A stretch of 64,000 nucleotides of DNA from Octopus sinensis. Its lineage: Eukaryota. A model generated the notes under the pieces. It worked only from the letters and a program-made list of their open reading frames with translations, searched no databases and was not told the origin of the DNA. Position 1 is the stretch's first letter, and the number at the start of each line of letters is the position of its first letter. The position numbers and the translations under genes were made by a program. The stretch spans positions 114,762,001 to 114,826,000 of the forward strand of contig NC_042997.1 of NCBI RefSeq assembly GCF_006345805.1, written 5' to 3'. Below, one piece after another: positions 1-13,197 of this stretch.

Positions 1-9
1 AATAACATG

Positions 10-720
10 AAATGGGAGAAGCAGACAGGGCAGTGTGTCCAGCTGTGACTGATCGGTCTAATGCATACTTGGAAGGTTCTGCTACAGGTCAGACTGAAGG
101 CAGGGAATTGACTCTGGACTTGTGCAGTTTCACGTTCTCTTTTTACCCTGCAATCCTGCTCTGTTTGTAGGAGGTGCCCCCCCCCCCTGTTGGTGCAGCT
201 TTGCCAGGAAGGGTGGTCTTGCACTTGTGTTTCCCAGGTGTCAGAGTTGATCTCAAAGGTCTTCAGTGAGGTTCTGAGTGTGTCCCTGAAGCACTTTTTC
301 TGTCCACCTTGCATGTTTTTGCCTTCTGCCAGTTCATCGTAAAACAGTCTTTTGGGGAGTCACATATCAGGCACTCAAACAAGGTGGCCTGCCCATCTGA
401 CTTGCACTCCCCTCAGCAGATCAGTTTGAGATAAGACCTCTGTGTCTGGGACCTTGTCTTGTCAGGTGATTTTTTTTTCAATAGCTTTCTTAGTTCATAC
501 ATGTGGAAATGGTTTAACTTTTTGGTGTGACGTTCTCAAGCCATCTGAGTCTTGCAGGCATACAGTAACATAGGCAGTAATAATTGCCTGGTACACCTTC
601 AGCTTGGTGGCCAGCCCAGTGCCTCTCTCCTTTCACCTTGATTCACTGAGTCACCTGTATGCTGATGAGGTACATGAACTTATCAACAGACTTCAGGGTT
701 TCCTCTTCAACAGTGACAGC
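10..720 (-). mobile_element. Degenerate RTE-clade LINE, 3' end of RT ORF
   Basis: Minus-strand translation gives frameshifted RTE motifs: TLKSVDKF, KKLNHFH, RLPKRLFYDELAEGK, GGQKKCFRDTLRTSLKTFEINSDTWE. Confidence 0.85.
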
Positions 721-2039
721 TGGTTTCACATGCACACACACTCATACACGTCTATATAAATGTTTATATGCAAATACAAATGTATGCACAAATGAATAAT
801 CATATGTGCACCTGAATAGAAGCATGCTAAATGCATAGAAGTATGTCTATTAGCATACTATTATACGCATGTAACATAGTGTATATAGAATGTTACAAGT
901 CAATTCTTAGGTGTAGAAAACCGCAAACGCATTATAAAGATTCATCTAAATAGATATGTACATAAAATCTAGTAAATGGTTCATTAATAGAATTTCAAAA
1001 TATTCAGAGAAATAATTAGTTAAAGGAGTGTATTTATTTGAATAGACAGTTATCTATTAATGAATTGCGTGGGGTTTAGAATATTTCAGCATTTTATTAG
1101 CTTGGTGCCTACAAGAGAAGATTATTTCAGAATGTTTATTAGCTTGCTTTAGTTAAGAGAATAAAATTTCATGATTTGGAAGTGCAAAGTTAACATTTTT
1201 TTGTTCATATGTTAGTATGGTTATGCATGGAAATCAACTTCATATAACTTCCAAGAGAAGTTATATGAAGTTGATTTCCATGCATATTCAGATAGGGAGG
1301 GAATTGTTTTTCTTATTAAATGAGTGTGTGTGTGTGGGTGTTGGTTAAGTCTACTTTAAAAGGAGTTGGCAGTTAATCTGATTTGTAAAGAATAAGTTTG
1401 AGTGGTTGGGTGAATTGAGAAGCAAAGGAAACTATGGGATGTGGTGAAAATGAAGGGTTAGTATGAACTATTTCCTTACTAAGTCATTTTCCTAAGAGAG
1501 TGATCCTGTGCTTCTATTATTGCAGTTTCAGCTTTTTGAGTTGATAGCTGATATTTTTTCTATAGTTTTCTGTGGTAGAATAGATTTTTTTAATTAGAAT
1601 GTTGTGGTATATGTAATGAGGTGGACAATGTTTTTTCCAAAAGTTAAATGTTTTTGATTTGTAGGCTATATGGTGGATTATGCCAGATTATGTTTCTGTG
1701 TTGAGATCTGGGTTGTGTTGCATTCTTGTTCTATTTGATTTCTTTTGTGCAGTTGTTACATTAACTTGAAAAACATGTCAGGTTTGGCTACTGGCAGAGT
1801 ATCCAGCTGTAAGATCCTGCCTCAACCCCCTATCAAAATCCACACACACACATATATATGTGTGTACATGTATATATCTATTGGGTCAGTAGGAGCAAGC
1901 TTTGATTTTTTTTTTTTTCTTTTTTGAAGAAAGCTGCTGTGACATTAGTTCAGTCATATCAGCCAGATTGTGTCATTGAGCCAATGTATTTATTGAACAT
2001 AACTCTGCATTAACCATGTGTTTGTTTTCAAGCATTTCA

Positions 2040-2330
2040 TAGTAGATTAGCCCCTCCTAACCCTACCAAATGCAGATCATTGGCTTGCATGCAGCTTTGG
2101 CTTAGTTTGAGTTGTTGCTTGCTTTTGGGACTCAGCCATTCTGTCTTCTGCTTTGTATTGATATAAAGATACCATTTCTCATTGCTGGTTTGATGTGGTA
2201 AAAAGGCCTCTGTGTCCACAAATAGCCTGGTGTCAAACATGCAAACTCCTGATGATAGCGAAGCACTGGACTTTGTCTCTTTCATTCAGAGTGTGCAGCA
2301 CCCATGCATTGAGTTTTTGAACTTTACCCA
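2040..2330 (-). mobile_element. Degenerate mariner transposase fragment
   Basis: Minus strand reads GKVQKLNAWVLHTLNER (WVPHEL motif), then after a frameshift NEKWYLYINTKQKTEWLSP (GDEKW..YxN motif). Confidence 0.8.
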
Positions 2331-2556
2331 TCTTTTCACTTGTTATTCCTTATCTTTCTCTAAAATAGGATCCCAAAGTTACTTGGGATCCTTCACCATT
2401 GTTCTGAGTACTACCCCTCTCTGGGAGCACCTTTTTTGAGGCCTTATTACTTCTTTTCTGTCCTTAATCTTTGTGTAAAACTTTGTTAAAATATATTACA
2501 ATATTAATTTTTGATATTCACTTTTATATTTCATGTTTTTATGTCTGAATTTTTAG

Positions 2557-4619
2557 CACTCAGTGTTTGGAAATGGAAATTCAATTCTAGGAAATGTTTT
2601 CAGCAATTACCATATGTCTTTACCTCTTAACAAAGGTAAGTGGATTTATGATTTATTGTAATTTCTATGACAGTAGCTAGTATACTTAAACTCCCTGCTG
2701 ACATGGTAGGGATTAATTACTAATTTATTAGACTCATAATGTGATACACAATCTTAGCAGAATCATCGTTACAAATATCACACAATATATTATCTTAAAT
2801 AATTCTGTCATCATTTCCTTAGCAATCCAATTAATATTTATTTTTTTTATTAAATCTATCTCAGATTACATTGTTCAGCATTTTGAATATTTTTATGACA
2901 GATTTGATAAAAGCAAATCGGTTTTTACCTATTTTGAAGATGGTAACTCTAAATATAAGATTGAATTTCTTTTCCTTGTCTTGAGAAACTGCTTCAGAAA
3001 ATACATTAATTATATCTTAGGCATATTAATTTATAAATGTTCAACAGAGATTATCCAACTGTAATTTGATTGTGTTGATGCCTTGTCATTAAAATGTCCT
3101 ACAATAACATTAAGAAATGTAGAAACCTCAAAGTTCCCAGTGCACACTAAGGACCAGGGTGAGGTTGGGGAACAAATTGCATTGCATGATGTACTCTTGC
3201 ACAGTCCAAGTGTATTGATATCATTATTTGCTAAAGTTTGGTGCTGTTACTTTGATTTTCGTCTATATTCAATGTATTGCATATCACTTCTTCATCGCTC
3301 CGTGAAGTAGAGTTTTAAGGGTTTCGGCTTCTCCCATGTAGTTCACCTAATCCCCAAAACTAATTATCTTCTTAGATTGCGAGACCACTTTTAATCCAAT
3401 AATGAACTCTAGACTATAAAATAAAATTAAACACAAAACACCATGACAGGGGAAATTGTTCAAATAATTGGGAACAAGTGTCATTCATAGAGCATAACTT
3501 CCTGTTGTTCATAATGTTGTAAACCAGTCATCTGCAGGATGTTTTAATCTTAGCACTACACACATGCAATAGTGTGTCATTATGTGCTTATTCTTTAACT
3601 CTCTCGTTACCAACCCGGCTGAAACCAGCTCCGGCTCTGTAGTACAAATGTCTTGTTTTCATAAGTTTTGAATTAAAGTCTTCCACCAAACCTTAGTCGC
3701 AATTTATGTTCCTAACACTAGCTTAATAATAACCAAGTTATTTTACTAAATTCTTAAAATTAATTGAAAGAAACACATAGCGTCTCAAAATAAATATGGT
3801 AACAAAAGGATAAAGGTGACCGCCTGGCAGAGTTGTTACTGTGTCAGACAAAATACTTGACAGAATTTCTTCTGGCCCTTTTAGTTCTGAGTTCAAATGC
3901 TGCCAATGTCAACTTTGCCTTTCATCCTTCCTGAGTACCAGTGAGTACCAATTCAACACTGAGGATCAGTGTAATTAACTTTCCCACTTCTTTCAGAGTT
4001 GCTGGCATTATGCCAAAATTGGAAAGACTTACCCTATTTTAACATGTATAAGGAACCCTAATGGATAGTATTATAATCCCTTACAAAAACCTTTTTTCCA
4101 AATTTTAAGCCCACAAAATTAGGGGGTTCCTTATACTCATTAAAATACGGTATGTACCAATTCTAATTCCAGGATTTCAATCTCTCCTGATCCTCTGTAT
4201 CCAGTCTGCACTATGCTAGAAAAATTAGAGCAGAATGCTTGAAATTTTCTCCTATTGAATTGCGTGTTGAATTCTTCATCCTACCTGTGTATATCATAGG
4301 ACTTTTTGCCTCTGATATTTTGGTAAAATCTGCTGCGTAGTTCATGAGAACATCATCATTATTGTTTTAATATCCAATTTTGCATGCACACATTGGTTGA
4401 ATGAGAGTTGTTGAAGCAGATTTTCTACCATCGGATGCCCTTTCTGTTGCCATCCCTCACCTCTTTCTTTCCCGGCAAGGTAATATTTCTCTGTGGCCAG
4501 ACATGTATTTTGCAGAATAGAAAAGAGGAACGCTGCTTTTATAATAGTGATGCCCACTCACAATCGCATCATATCAAAACAAGGAGACTGTAACACACTT
4601 GCACACACATACATTCACA

Positions 4620-4651
<32 letters not shown>

Positions 4652-4880
4652 CATGCATACACACACATATATATACATATATTTTATCTTATACATGCCT
4701 ATAACAAACTTTTTACTTGTTATTTTCCTATTTTAAATGCTTACTATAGCAAGCTATTATTTTGATATGGAGAATATATATTAGAAATATATCTTTTTGC
4801 TGCGTCCCCCCCAAGTTTGATTTGTTCTACTTGAACTTATTTTCTCTCATGTACATATATATATATATATACATGCATAC

Positions 4881-4936
<56 letters not shown>

Positions 4937-6028
4937 CATACAATAATAAATCTCTGAACGAGCTATAAACAGTAGCTGCACAACAAAGTGAAGTATATTT
5001 TCCACTTAAATGTGGCTAACCACTAAGGATGGATGCTACTATAGCTTGTAGCCCCAGGAGAACATCTTCTCCAGCTGGCTATTGACACACTTTCTGTGTC
5101 CTTTCTGTACTTGCAAAGGGAAGCCATCCTTCCCATCATTGACCTGACGTGATATGCATGGACCCGGGTTTCTAGGTATTTACTCGTCGTCAGCGCATGA
5201 CAATACATATATATATATATCAAATTTTAAATAAGCAAAAAATGGAGAAAACTTTTGCTCAACAAACAGATTGACCAACATCGGTTAATTGTTTTTTAAT
5301 ACAAAGCTTTAAAAAAAAAATAATTAAGCAATGTTGTTCAATTTGTTTGTTGATCAACAGTTTTCTCCATTTTCTGCTCATTTTAAATTTGATTCTGGAT
5401 AAGCTCTTGTTTATTCTGTTATTATGAGCATAGTGTGCTTGCATACCCATTCCCAGGGTTAATATAGGTAAATAATACCGGTAGTAAGAACAGATATTCT
5501 TATCATTTAGACGGTTATTTCAACCGCTAACTCTACTTACTTCATATATATATATATATATACATACATATGTTGTGTTGGTGCACAATTATTGCGTTTT
5601 TTTTTTCACAAATTTTATTCAACAAAAACACTAACAACATGTTACAAAAATATCTTTAAATGATTATTCCGGAGCATATTCACCATCTACTTCAATTACT
5701 GCTTCCCATTTGCTTGGCAGACGGTCAGACCGTCATTTAAAGATGTTTTTGTTCATTAATGTTATTGTTTTTGCTGAATAAAATTTGTTGTAAAAAAGCT
5801 GCAATAATTATGCACCAACCCAATATATATATAGTTAATCCAAACATGAAAACACAAAGAGAAAACACAACAACACGAGGACGTGGAACAAGTGTAGTGT
5901 TATTGGATGCTCAGGAAAGAAGGAGGGTTTAACGTCTTGAGCGGAGCTCTTCGTCAGATAGGAAAAGGACAGGTCCAAGGAAGGGAAGACGGAGGAAAAA
6001 AAATCGCCAACGGTACACACGTGGTCAC

Positions 6029-6062
<34 letters not shown>

Positions 6063-6346
6063 GGCAGGCATTTTTCAGTTTTCTTCTACCAGCTCCATCT
6101 ACAAGGCTTTGCTTGGCCCAGGGCTGTAGTAGAAGGCACATGACCAAGGTTCCGTGTATTGGGACTGAACCCATAACCATGTGGTTGGGAAACAAACTTC
6201 TTAACCATCCAGTCAAGATGTTCTAGTAACTGAAGCCTTGAGACAGACACTCCCAAGTTTCCTTATTGAGTTCTTTCTTTTCTTCAGGATACTACATTTG
6301 TATAGTTTATCAGTGTTTCAAGAATTTTCCAATCTTCTGGATGTAA
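2557..6346 (+). CDS. Putative last three coding exons (2557-2635, 2865-2942, 6288-6346) of an unidentified upstream gene: HSVFGNGNSILGNVFSNYHMSLPLNKDYIVQHFEYFYDRFDKSKSVFTYFEDGYYICIVYQCFKNFPIFWM*
   Basis: Splice sites ttttag/AAG|gtaagt, tctcag/ATG|gtaact and ttctttcttttcttcag; phases 0-1, 1-1, 1-stop are compatible; the first exon is open in only one frame; AATAAA at 6550. Protein not recognised. Confidence 0.5.
3596..3813 (-). mobile_element. Solo copy of an approximately 227-bp MITE with TTAACCCTTT(T/C)GTTACCA-type TIRs
   Basis: Reverse complement of the copies at 31423-31649, 40156-41052, 54959-55187 and 57400-57592. Confidence 0.85.
4032..4150. mobile_element. TA-flanked MITE with CC(G/C)TATTTTAA..TATAAGGAACCC TIRs (Tc1/mariner-pogo type)
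   Basis: Inverted termini, TA on both sides; related copy at 40498-40659. Confidence 0.75.
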
Positions 6347-7059
6347 TGGCTGTTGCTAATGGCATTTTTACTGAAGGCATGAATCTTGAGAATGCTGCTG
6401 TATACGTTTCACATTCCATTTGATGTTTTTTTAAATTTTTTATTTGTTCCCTGTTTGTGTTTGTAGCTAGCCAAGGCACCACCATCAGAAAGCAAAGTCC
6501 CTCCTCAAAGAGGAACTAAAACTTGGTCTCCCATTCTTATTGGCAGAACAATAAAGAAATGGTTTGACCAATGTTTGGTGTTAGTTTCTAAAGCGCCGAA
6601 TCTTGGTGTTGAATTTTCATTCTATTTTCCTATTAATATCCTTATTTGTATATTCCCTTAGAGTTTAGTTTTCTAAACTACTTCAACCTCTGCAGTTAAC
6701 AAGCATCTGTTTTGTGTTATTAATTTCTTTTTGTAGTGCTGCTTATGTGGATGATAATGTAAAGGTTGTGTAGGAAATAATGTCTTACCAAAACACACAG
6801 CCACAACAGGTATGTGGTAGCCTATATTCATTGCAAGCAACACAGACGAAAATTTAACAAACTAAAACACAGGCAAATATTTCTGTTCTCTGCTTGTGTA
6901 TTCGATAAAGTTTACATGAAATTTCAGGCGAATCAGTAAATTCATTTTTAGATATAGGAACAAAAAACATCATATATATATATGCTAGCATGGAAAACGG
7001 ACGCTAAACGATGATGATAATGATGATGATATATATATACACACACACACACACACATC

Positions 7060-7362
7060 AGCATTCAAGTGTGGTTGTTGCTAGTGCCGCTGGACTGGCT
7101 CCCGTGCAGGTAGTACATAAAAAACACCTTTTGAGCATGGTCATTGCCAGAACCACCTGACTGGCCCTCATGCCGGTGGCACGTAAAAGCACCCATTACA
7201 CTCTCAGAGTGGTTCGCATTAGGAAAGGCATCCAGCTGTAGAAACTCTGCCAGATCAGACTGAACCTGGTGCAGCCTTCTGGCTCACCAGTCCTCAATCA
7301 AACCGTCCAACACATGCCAGCATGGAAAGCGGACGTTAAACGACGACGACGATGATGATGAT
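7060..7362 (+). mobile_element. 5'-truncated RTE 3'-UTR copy with (GAT)n tail; representative of dozens of copies on both strands (e.g. 9030-9368, 13385-13741, 16060-16620, 29115-29520, 41390-41618, 42060-42310, 51640-51985, 56222-56640)
   Basis: Shared CCCACTACACTCTCGGAGTGGTTGGCGTTAGGAAGGGCATCCAGCTGTAGAAAC...GCATGGAAAGCGGACGTTAAACGATGATGAT. Confidence 0.9.
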
Positions 7363-7609
7363 ATAAATTAAATATAGAGATATTCTATTGACATTCAATA
7401 ATTTATTCATAGTATTTATTGTAATATAAATAAATTATTGAATGTCAATAGAATATCTCTATATTTGATTTATCTTTATTATTGAATTATACCAATATTT
7501 GTATGATATCCTACTGAAGTACCAGTGAATTGAATGTCTAACACACCCCTTTGAAGGATTTCTTTTCCTCAGTTGTTACTTTATATATATATATGTGTAT
7601 ATGTATATA

Positions 7610-7659
<50 letters not shown>

Positions 7660-8266
7660 CATCATCGTTATCGTTTAACATCTGCTTTCCATGGTGGCAC
7701 AGGTTGGACAGTTTGACTGAGGACTGGCAAGCCAGGAGGCTGCACCAGGCTCCAAACTGATCTAGCAAGGTTTCTACAGCTGGATGCCCTTCCTTATGCC
7801 AACCACTCAAGAGTGTAGTGGGTGCTTTTTATGTGCCACTGGCATGGGAGCCAGTCAGGCAGTACTGGCATTGACCATGCTTGAATAGTGTTTTTTACAT
7901 GCTACCTGCACGGGAGCCAGTTAGGTGGCACTGGCATCAACCATACTTGAATGGTGCTTTTTACCTGCCACTGGCATGGGTCCCAGTCAGGCGGCACTGG
8001 CATCAGCCATAATATATGTATATGATATTTTATTTGTTTATATATTATAATTTACCTGTTTCAGTCATTTGACTGTGGCCATGCTGGGGCACTGCCTTGA
8101 AGGCTTTTAATTGAACAAATCAACCTCAGGACTTATTTTTTTTAAGTACTTATTCTCTCGGTCTCTTTTTGCCAAACTGGCAAGTTACGGGGATATAAAC
8201 ACACCAGCGCAGGCTACTAACCCCATGATTCCGAGTTCAATTTCAAGCAGTGACCTGAACGATAAC

Positions 8267-8298
<32 letters not shown>

Positions 8299-11200
8299 CA
8301 ACATCGAAAAATACCTTAAGAATGAGAACCCAGGTTTGAAATTTCCCCAAGACACCTGAAGAAGGTTGGAGGGTATATCAACCGAAATGTTGTGCTAGCA
8401 ACAAACAAGATGAGGACAAATATCCTTTGAATGTAAATAATGTACATAATTCCTCATCCCTTAAATATAGAACAGTTGGTTTCTTCTCAGTTTCTGTCTA
8501 CCAAGTCCACTCACAAGTCTTTGATTGGTCCAAGGATATAGTAGGAGACACTTGTCCGAGGTTGCACGCAGTGTAACTGAACCCAGAGCCATGTGTTTGG
8601 GAAGCAAGATTCTTACCACACAGCCACTCCTGCGTCTATATATATATATATATATAATTTTTCCATACATCATCCTTTGATGCACCTGGACACATCAGTC
8701 ATTGATATTTTCTGGGGTCATAAGGTGTTTCAGCTCTTTCAACATCAGACACCCTCACCCATGTAACCCAACCAGGGTTGATCAAGCCCCATCTGCTGTC
8801 CAGTTAGTACTACCCTTGGTAGCACTACCCCTTCCAGGGCTCACATCTCCTTTTCCACAGCTACGTTACATCAGGCTCAACTGCTTCCATAACCAGTCTG
8901 ATAGACTTCAGCCTACTGGCCCCTGTCGTGCCTTATTTGCTAGCCACTGATTTTGGCATAGCCCTACTTGCTCAGCATATTCCCTTATTTTCATGTCGAT
9001 GTCTGTGTGTCTTTCATACACTTTTGTGGTATCATCATCATCATCATCGTTTAGCGTCCATTTTCCATGCTGGTATGGGTTGGATGGTTTGACTGGGCAC
9101 TGGTAAGCCAGGGGGCTGCACCAGGCTCCAACCTGTTCTGGCAATGTTTCTGCAGCTGGATACCCCACCAACCACTCCGAGAGAGTAGTGGGTGCTTTTT
9201 ATGTGCCACCAGCATGGAAGCCAATCAGGTGGTACTAGCATCGGCCATGTTTGGATGGTGCTTTTTACGTGCCAATTGGGGAAGGGGAACTGGCATTGAC
9301 CACGTTCGGATGGTGCTTTTTAGGTTCCACCGGCACGAGGAGCCAGTCAGGGGGCACTGGCAACGACCCATGCATGGGTATATTAAGAAAACACAAAAAA
9401 AAACAGTCTGGAGAAAGGCACTCTTTAGGAATTTCAAGCTTAGCAAATATTCTTCACAAGTACACATGCACCTACATGTGGGGCGATTCAGTACATACCA
9501 TTTGTTACCATTAGAAGGTAATACACAGAAGTAGGACAAGGTGCAGCAACAAAAAGCTGTTTTTTAAAACTTGTCAGTGAGAATAGTATAGCTGTAGCAT
9601 TGGCTATGAGAACAATGCAGTTGGCCAATTGAAATGATAAACCTGACACAACCACCTTGAACCAGCTACCTTAATGTCACATCAATTTTACTATTACTCT
9701 TATTACTCATTTAAGTCATTTGACCGCGGCCATGCTGGAGCACTGCCTTGAAGGGTTCTAATTGAAGAAATCGACCCAAGGACTTATTCTTTGCAAGCCT
9801 TGGTCTTGTTTGCCGAACCATTAGGTTATGGGGACATAAACACACCAGCATCTATTGTCAAGCAATGGTGGGGTTACAAACAGACACTCACACACACACA
9901 TAAATAAATACTTATATGTAGGTGTGTGTGTGTCTGTGTTTGTCCCCCCAACATTGCTTGACAACCGATGTTGGTGTGTTTACATCCCCATAACTTAGCA
10001 GTTCAGCTAAAGCGACCTATAAAATAAGTACTAGGCTTATAAAGAATAAGTCCTGACGTCAATTTCTTTGTGACTTAAGGTGGTGCTCCAACGTGGTCGC
10101 AATCAAATGACGGGCTTCTTTCCCATCTTCCAAATCCACTAGCAAGGCTTTGGTCAGCCCGAGGCTATAGTAGAAGACACTTGCCCAAGGTGCCACACAG
10201 TGGGACTGACCCTAGAACCATGTGGTTGGGAAGCACATATGCAGAATTCTCTGTCTGAAAAGCCTTGCAACATATTCAAGATATTTGCATAGAACTTGAA
10301 GAATTAGCTCTATTAGTAAACATCAGAGGCAGAAATAGATTCGACTGTAAAGAGGGTGGTCATGGTGGAATTACTATGTAGAATAATGAGAATGTAACCG
10401 TAAAATCCAGTTTATGATGCTGCATACTGATGATATATACAGTATATACACCCACTATATAAATGCTTAGAATTATGGTGCAACTGTTGAGGAGAAGAGA
10501 TTTGGAATGACACTAGAAAAATGTATTAATCAAAGTGAATCAACTTACCATTGATTTTCTTTCCGGCATGTCATTCTTCTGAATGTTAAATAGCCAGAAT
10601 GTCACATTCTCCGAGGAATGACACAGCATGAGTTCAAAGACAAGCAAAATTTCTGTTTGACCTCATGCTGTTTTTTGAAAAAATGATGTTCTGCCCAGCG
10701 AGAGCTGGCACACTCTGGATATCTGCTTCATGAATAATGTAGAAATTATCTACAATGGGAAGACAGATTAGTTCTATGTTCTTCTACAAGTTTCTCTGAC
10801 CATAATATTTTAGAATTGTTGTTGTTTGTTCCTTCTCAAGCCATGGCTAGCTCATAAGGGCTGGTTTCCCAGTTTCAGTGGCGTAGAGGTTCCCCACCTG
10901 GATGGGATGCTGGGCCATCACAGGTGAACTGCTAGATGCAGAAGGAAAGAGTGAGAGAAAGTTGTGGCAAAAGAGTCTGCAGAAATTCACCATTACCTTC
11001 TGCCCAAAGGTGTTTCGCTCATAAACACACACTTCGCCCAGTCTGCAAGTCGAACCTGCGATCCCTCGACTGCAAGCCTGCTGCTCTAACCACTAGGCCA
11101 TGTGCCTCCACAATATTGTAAAATTAACAGTAATTAATTCAAATAACTGTAGCTCAGCACCTCATAAGAAGCTCTCTTTGTTCAGTTTGAATTTCTACAA

Positions 11201-12965
11201 GTCTCAGTACAAATTAAGAAAAAAATCTCCAAACTAAAATGGCTCAGAATTCTCTCAAAGCACTGGTATGAATCTGACTCAATTTCTATAAGGAATGTAA
11301 AGTGTATTTGTAAATATGATTCCCACAAAACATAAAATTTTTCTTGAAATGAAGAACAATGGTTTCAAATCACTTAGATGAGCAAACACCCTCTAACAGT
11401 GCAAAACCCAGTTAAGAATGACCTATTTTGGAATTTTAAATGAAATATGATATCCCCATTAAAATAACGGAATAGTAAAAAAAATATTGAGGCTGGGAGA
11501 AACAAAATACAACTTAGATGACTTCTACAGATTTTCATGCCAAACTGCTTTAGTGCAAAATAAACAAGCCATTGGTTGAAAAAAAGGCACTTCGTTCACA
11601 TTTGACACTCAAGCGTGAAGTAACGTATTGAATGGCCGATTTGATTGCAATGTCTTGACCTAAGGCAGCAAGCTGGCAGAAATGTTAGCATGCTGGGCAA
11701 AATGCTTACTGGTATTTTGTCTGTCTTTATGTTCTGAGTTCAAATTTCACCGAAGTCGACTTTGCCTTTCATCCTTTGAGGGTCGATAAGTTAAGTACCA
11801 GTTGCATACTGGGGTCGATCTAATCGACTGGCCCCTCCCCCAAAATTTCAGGCCTTCTGCCTAGAGTAGAAAAGAATATCTCAACCTCACTGGTACACAT
11901 GCAAATAGATAAATCAACAGGGTGCTTGAACCCTTCAGCTGTTTATTGAGTAGTGATGGCCATTAGTGTGAAAGATGTAACCTCTGCTATAAATAAAATG
12001 AACTTGGAGCCAGCAACAAGCCTCCATGGTTTACTGATAGTTAACCTTAAAAAAAAAAACCCTGCATTTCAACTTTCGATGATGATGATGATAACACTTG
12101 TAAACTGCCCCTGAAAAATGGTTATAGTAAATAGTTCATGTTTGGGTGAAAATTTTCTGATAATGTTACATCATAATTTGATTGCATACCATTTTATTAG
12201 GTGAAATGAATTTTCATCACTCTGTAAAGTGGTTGGCTTTAGGAAGGGCATTCAGCCATAGAAATCATGCCAAAACAGATATGGAACCTGAACAGCCCCT
12301 CAGCTGGTCAGCTCCTGTTAAACCCATGCCAGCATGGAAAATGAATGTTTGATGATGATGATGTCAGTGAACAAAACTTTCCTTAGATTGAATTTTTCAT
12401 TTTCCAGTTTGCTTTCTTAATGAAAGTACATATTTGCTAAGAGACCACATCTTACATTTATGAATACTCACAGATACATACACATCATTTATTCAAACTC
12501 ACACTCTGTTCAGACTCACTTGTATGGGAAATACACTTTACAGATTCACTTGCATAGAGATTAGAAACAAACCATCTGTACAGACTCAGTTGTAGGGACA
12601 TCCATACACTTAAAGCTATTCTTGATGCACACTTCACTAACTGAACATTCTTTTACAACATTCCAGTAGAGGAATGTCGACTTCATCTAATCATCTACTA
12701 CTTGTCATTCATGAACATTGAACTCTTTTTTCTTTCTGATTACGTGGCTTACTTAGCCAAACTTAACATTTAACCTGAACTCACATTTCATAACAATGAT
12801 ATAAAAACCTAATTACCATCTACAAGCTTCTTTTTGCCACTCTTGCTGATCACAGTCAACAGTAGGAGCAAATAGAAAATACTCTCTGTCGGATACTTTT
12901 TTCAGAAAAAAATATTTCTATTAATTGCATTCAGTATTTATTTTCTATGTCATCATAGATATATA

Positions 12966-13197
12966 TGGAGTAAAGATTTTTTGCCAACATAACATGGCAA
13001 TCCTGGTTTAGGATGAATGTTGCTGTAATTTAGCTCCAGGAGACATCATCTCCAGCTGGCTATATGACACGATCTGTGTCCTTATATTTTCAAACAAGGA
13101 AACCTAGCACCCTCCCCCCCCACACTCAGCTCAATTACAGCAACATTTGTCCTAAACCAGGACTGCCATGTTATGTTGGCAAAAAATCTTTACTCCA
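12966..13197. mobile_element. MITE with 48-bp inverted termini
   Basis: tggagtaaagattttttgccaacataacatggcaatcctggtttagga and its reverse complement (1 mismatch); the internal part resembles sequence near 5030-5110. Confidence 0.8.

Noticed and set aside
2741-3310. Two same-frame ORFs (107 aa and 75 aa) separated by one stop
   Set aside because: Only 2865-2942 has splice signals; the rest is AT-rich intron-like sequence with no recognisable motif
6467-6809. Possible exons after acceptors at 6466/6470 and before the donor at 6810
   Set aside because: No frame and donor combination links convincingly to SPG7; 6737-6809 has stops in all frames; may be UTR
9067-9369. 5' part of the 155-aa ORF 9067-9534
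   Set aside because: Antisense reading of an RTE 3'-UTR copy; the same pseudo-peptides recur at many copies
10549-10749. 201-nt minus-strand segment between a good acceptor and a gtaagt donor
   Set aside because: All three frames contain stops and there are no supporting partner exons; likely a chance match
12505-12610. Three degenerate CAGA(C/T)TCA(C/G)TTG(T/C)A units spaced 30-40 bp apart
   Set aside because: Too short and degenerate to distinguish from an old minisatellite
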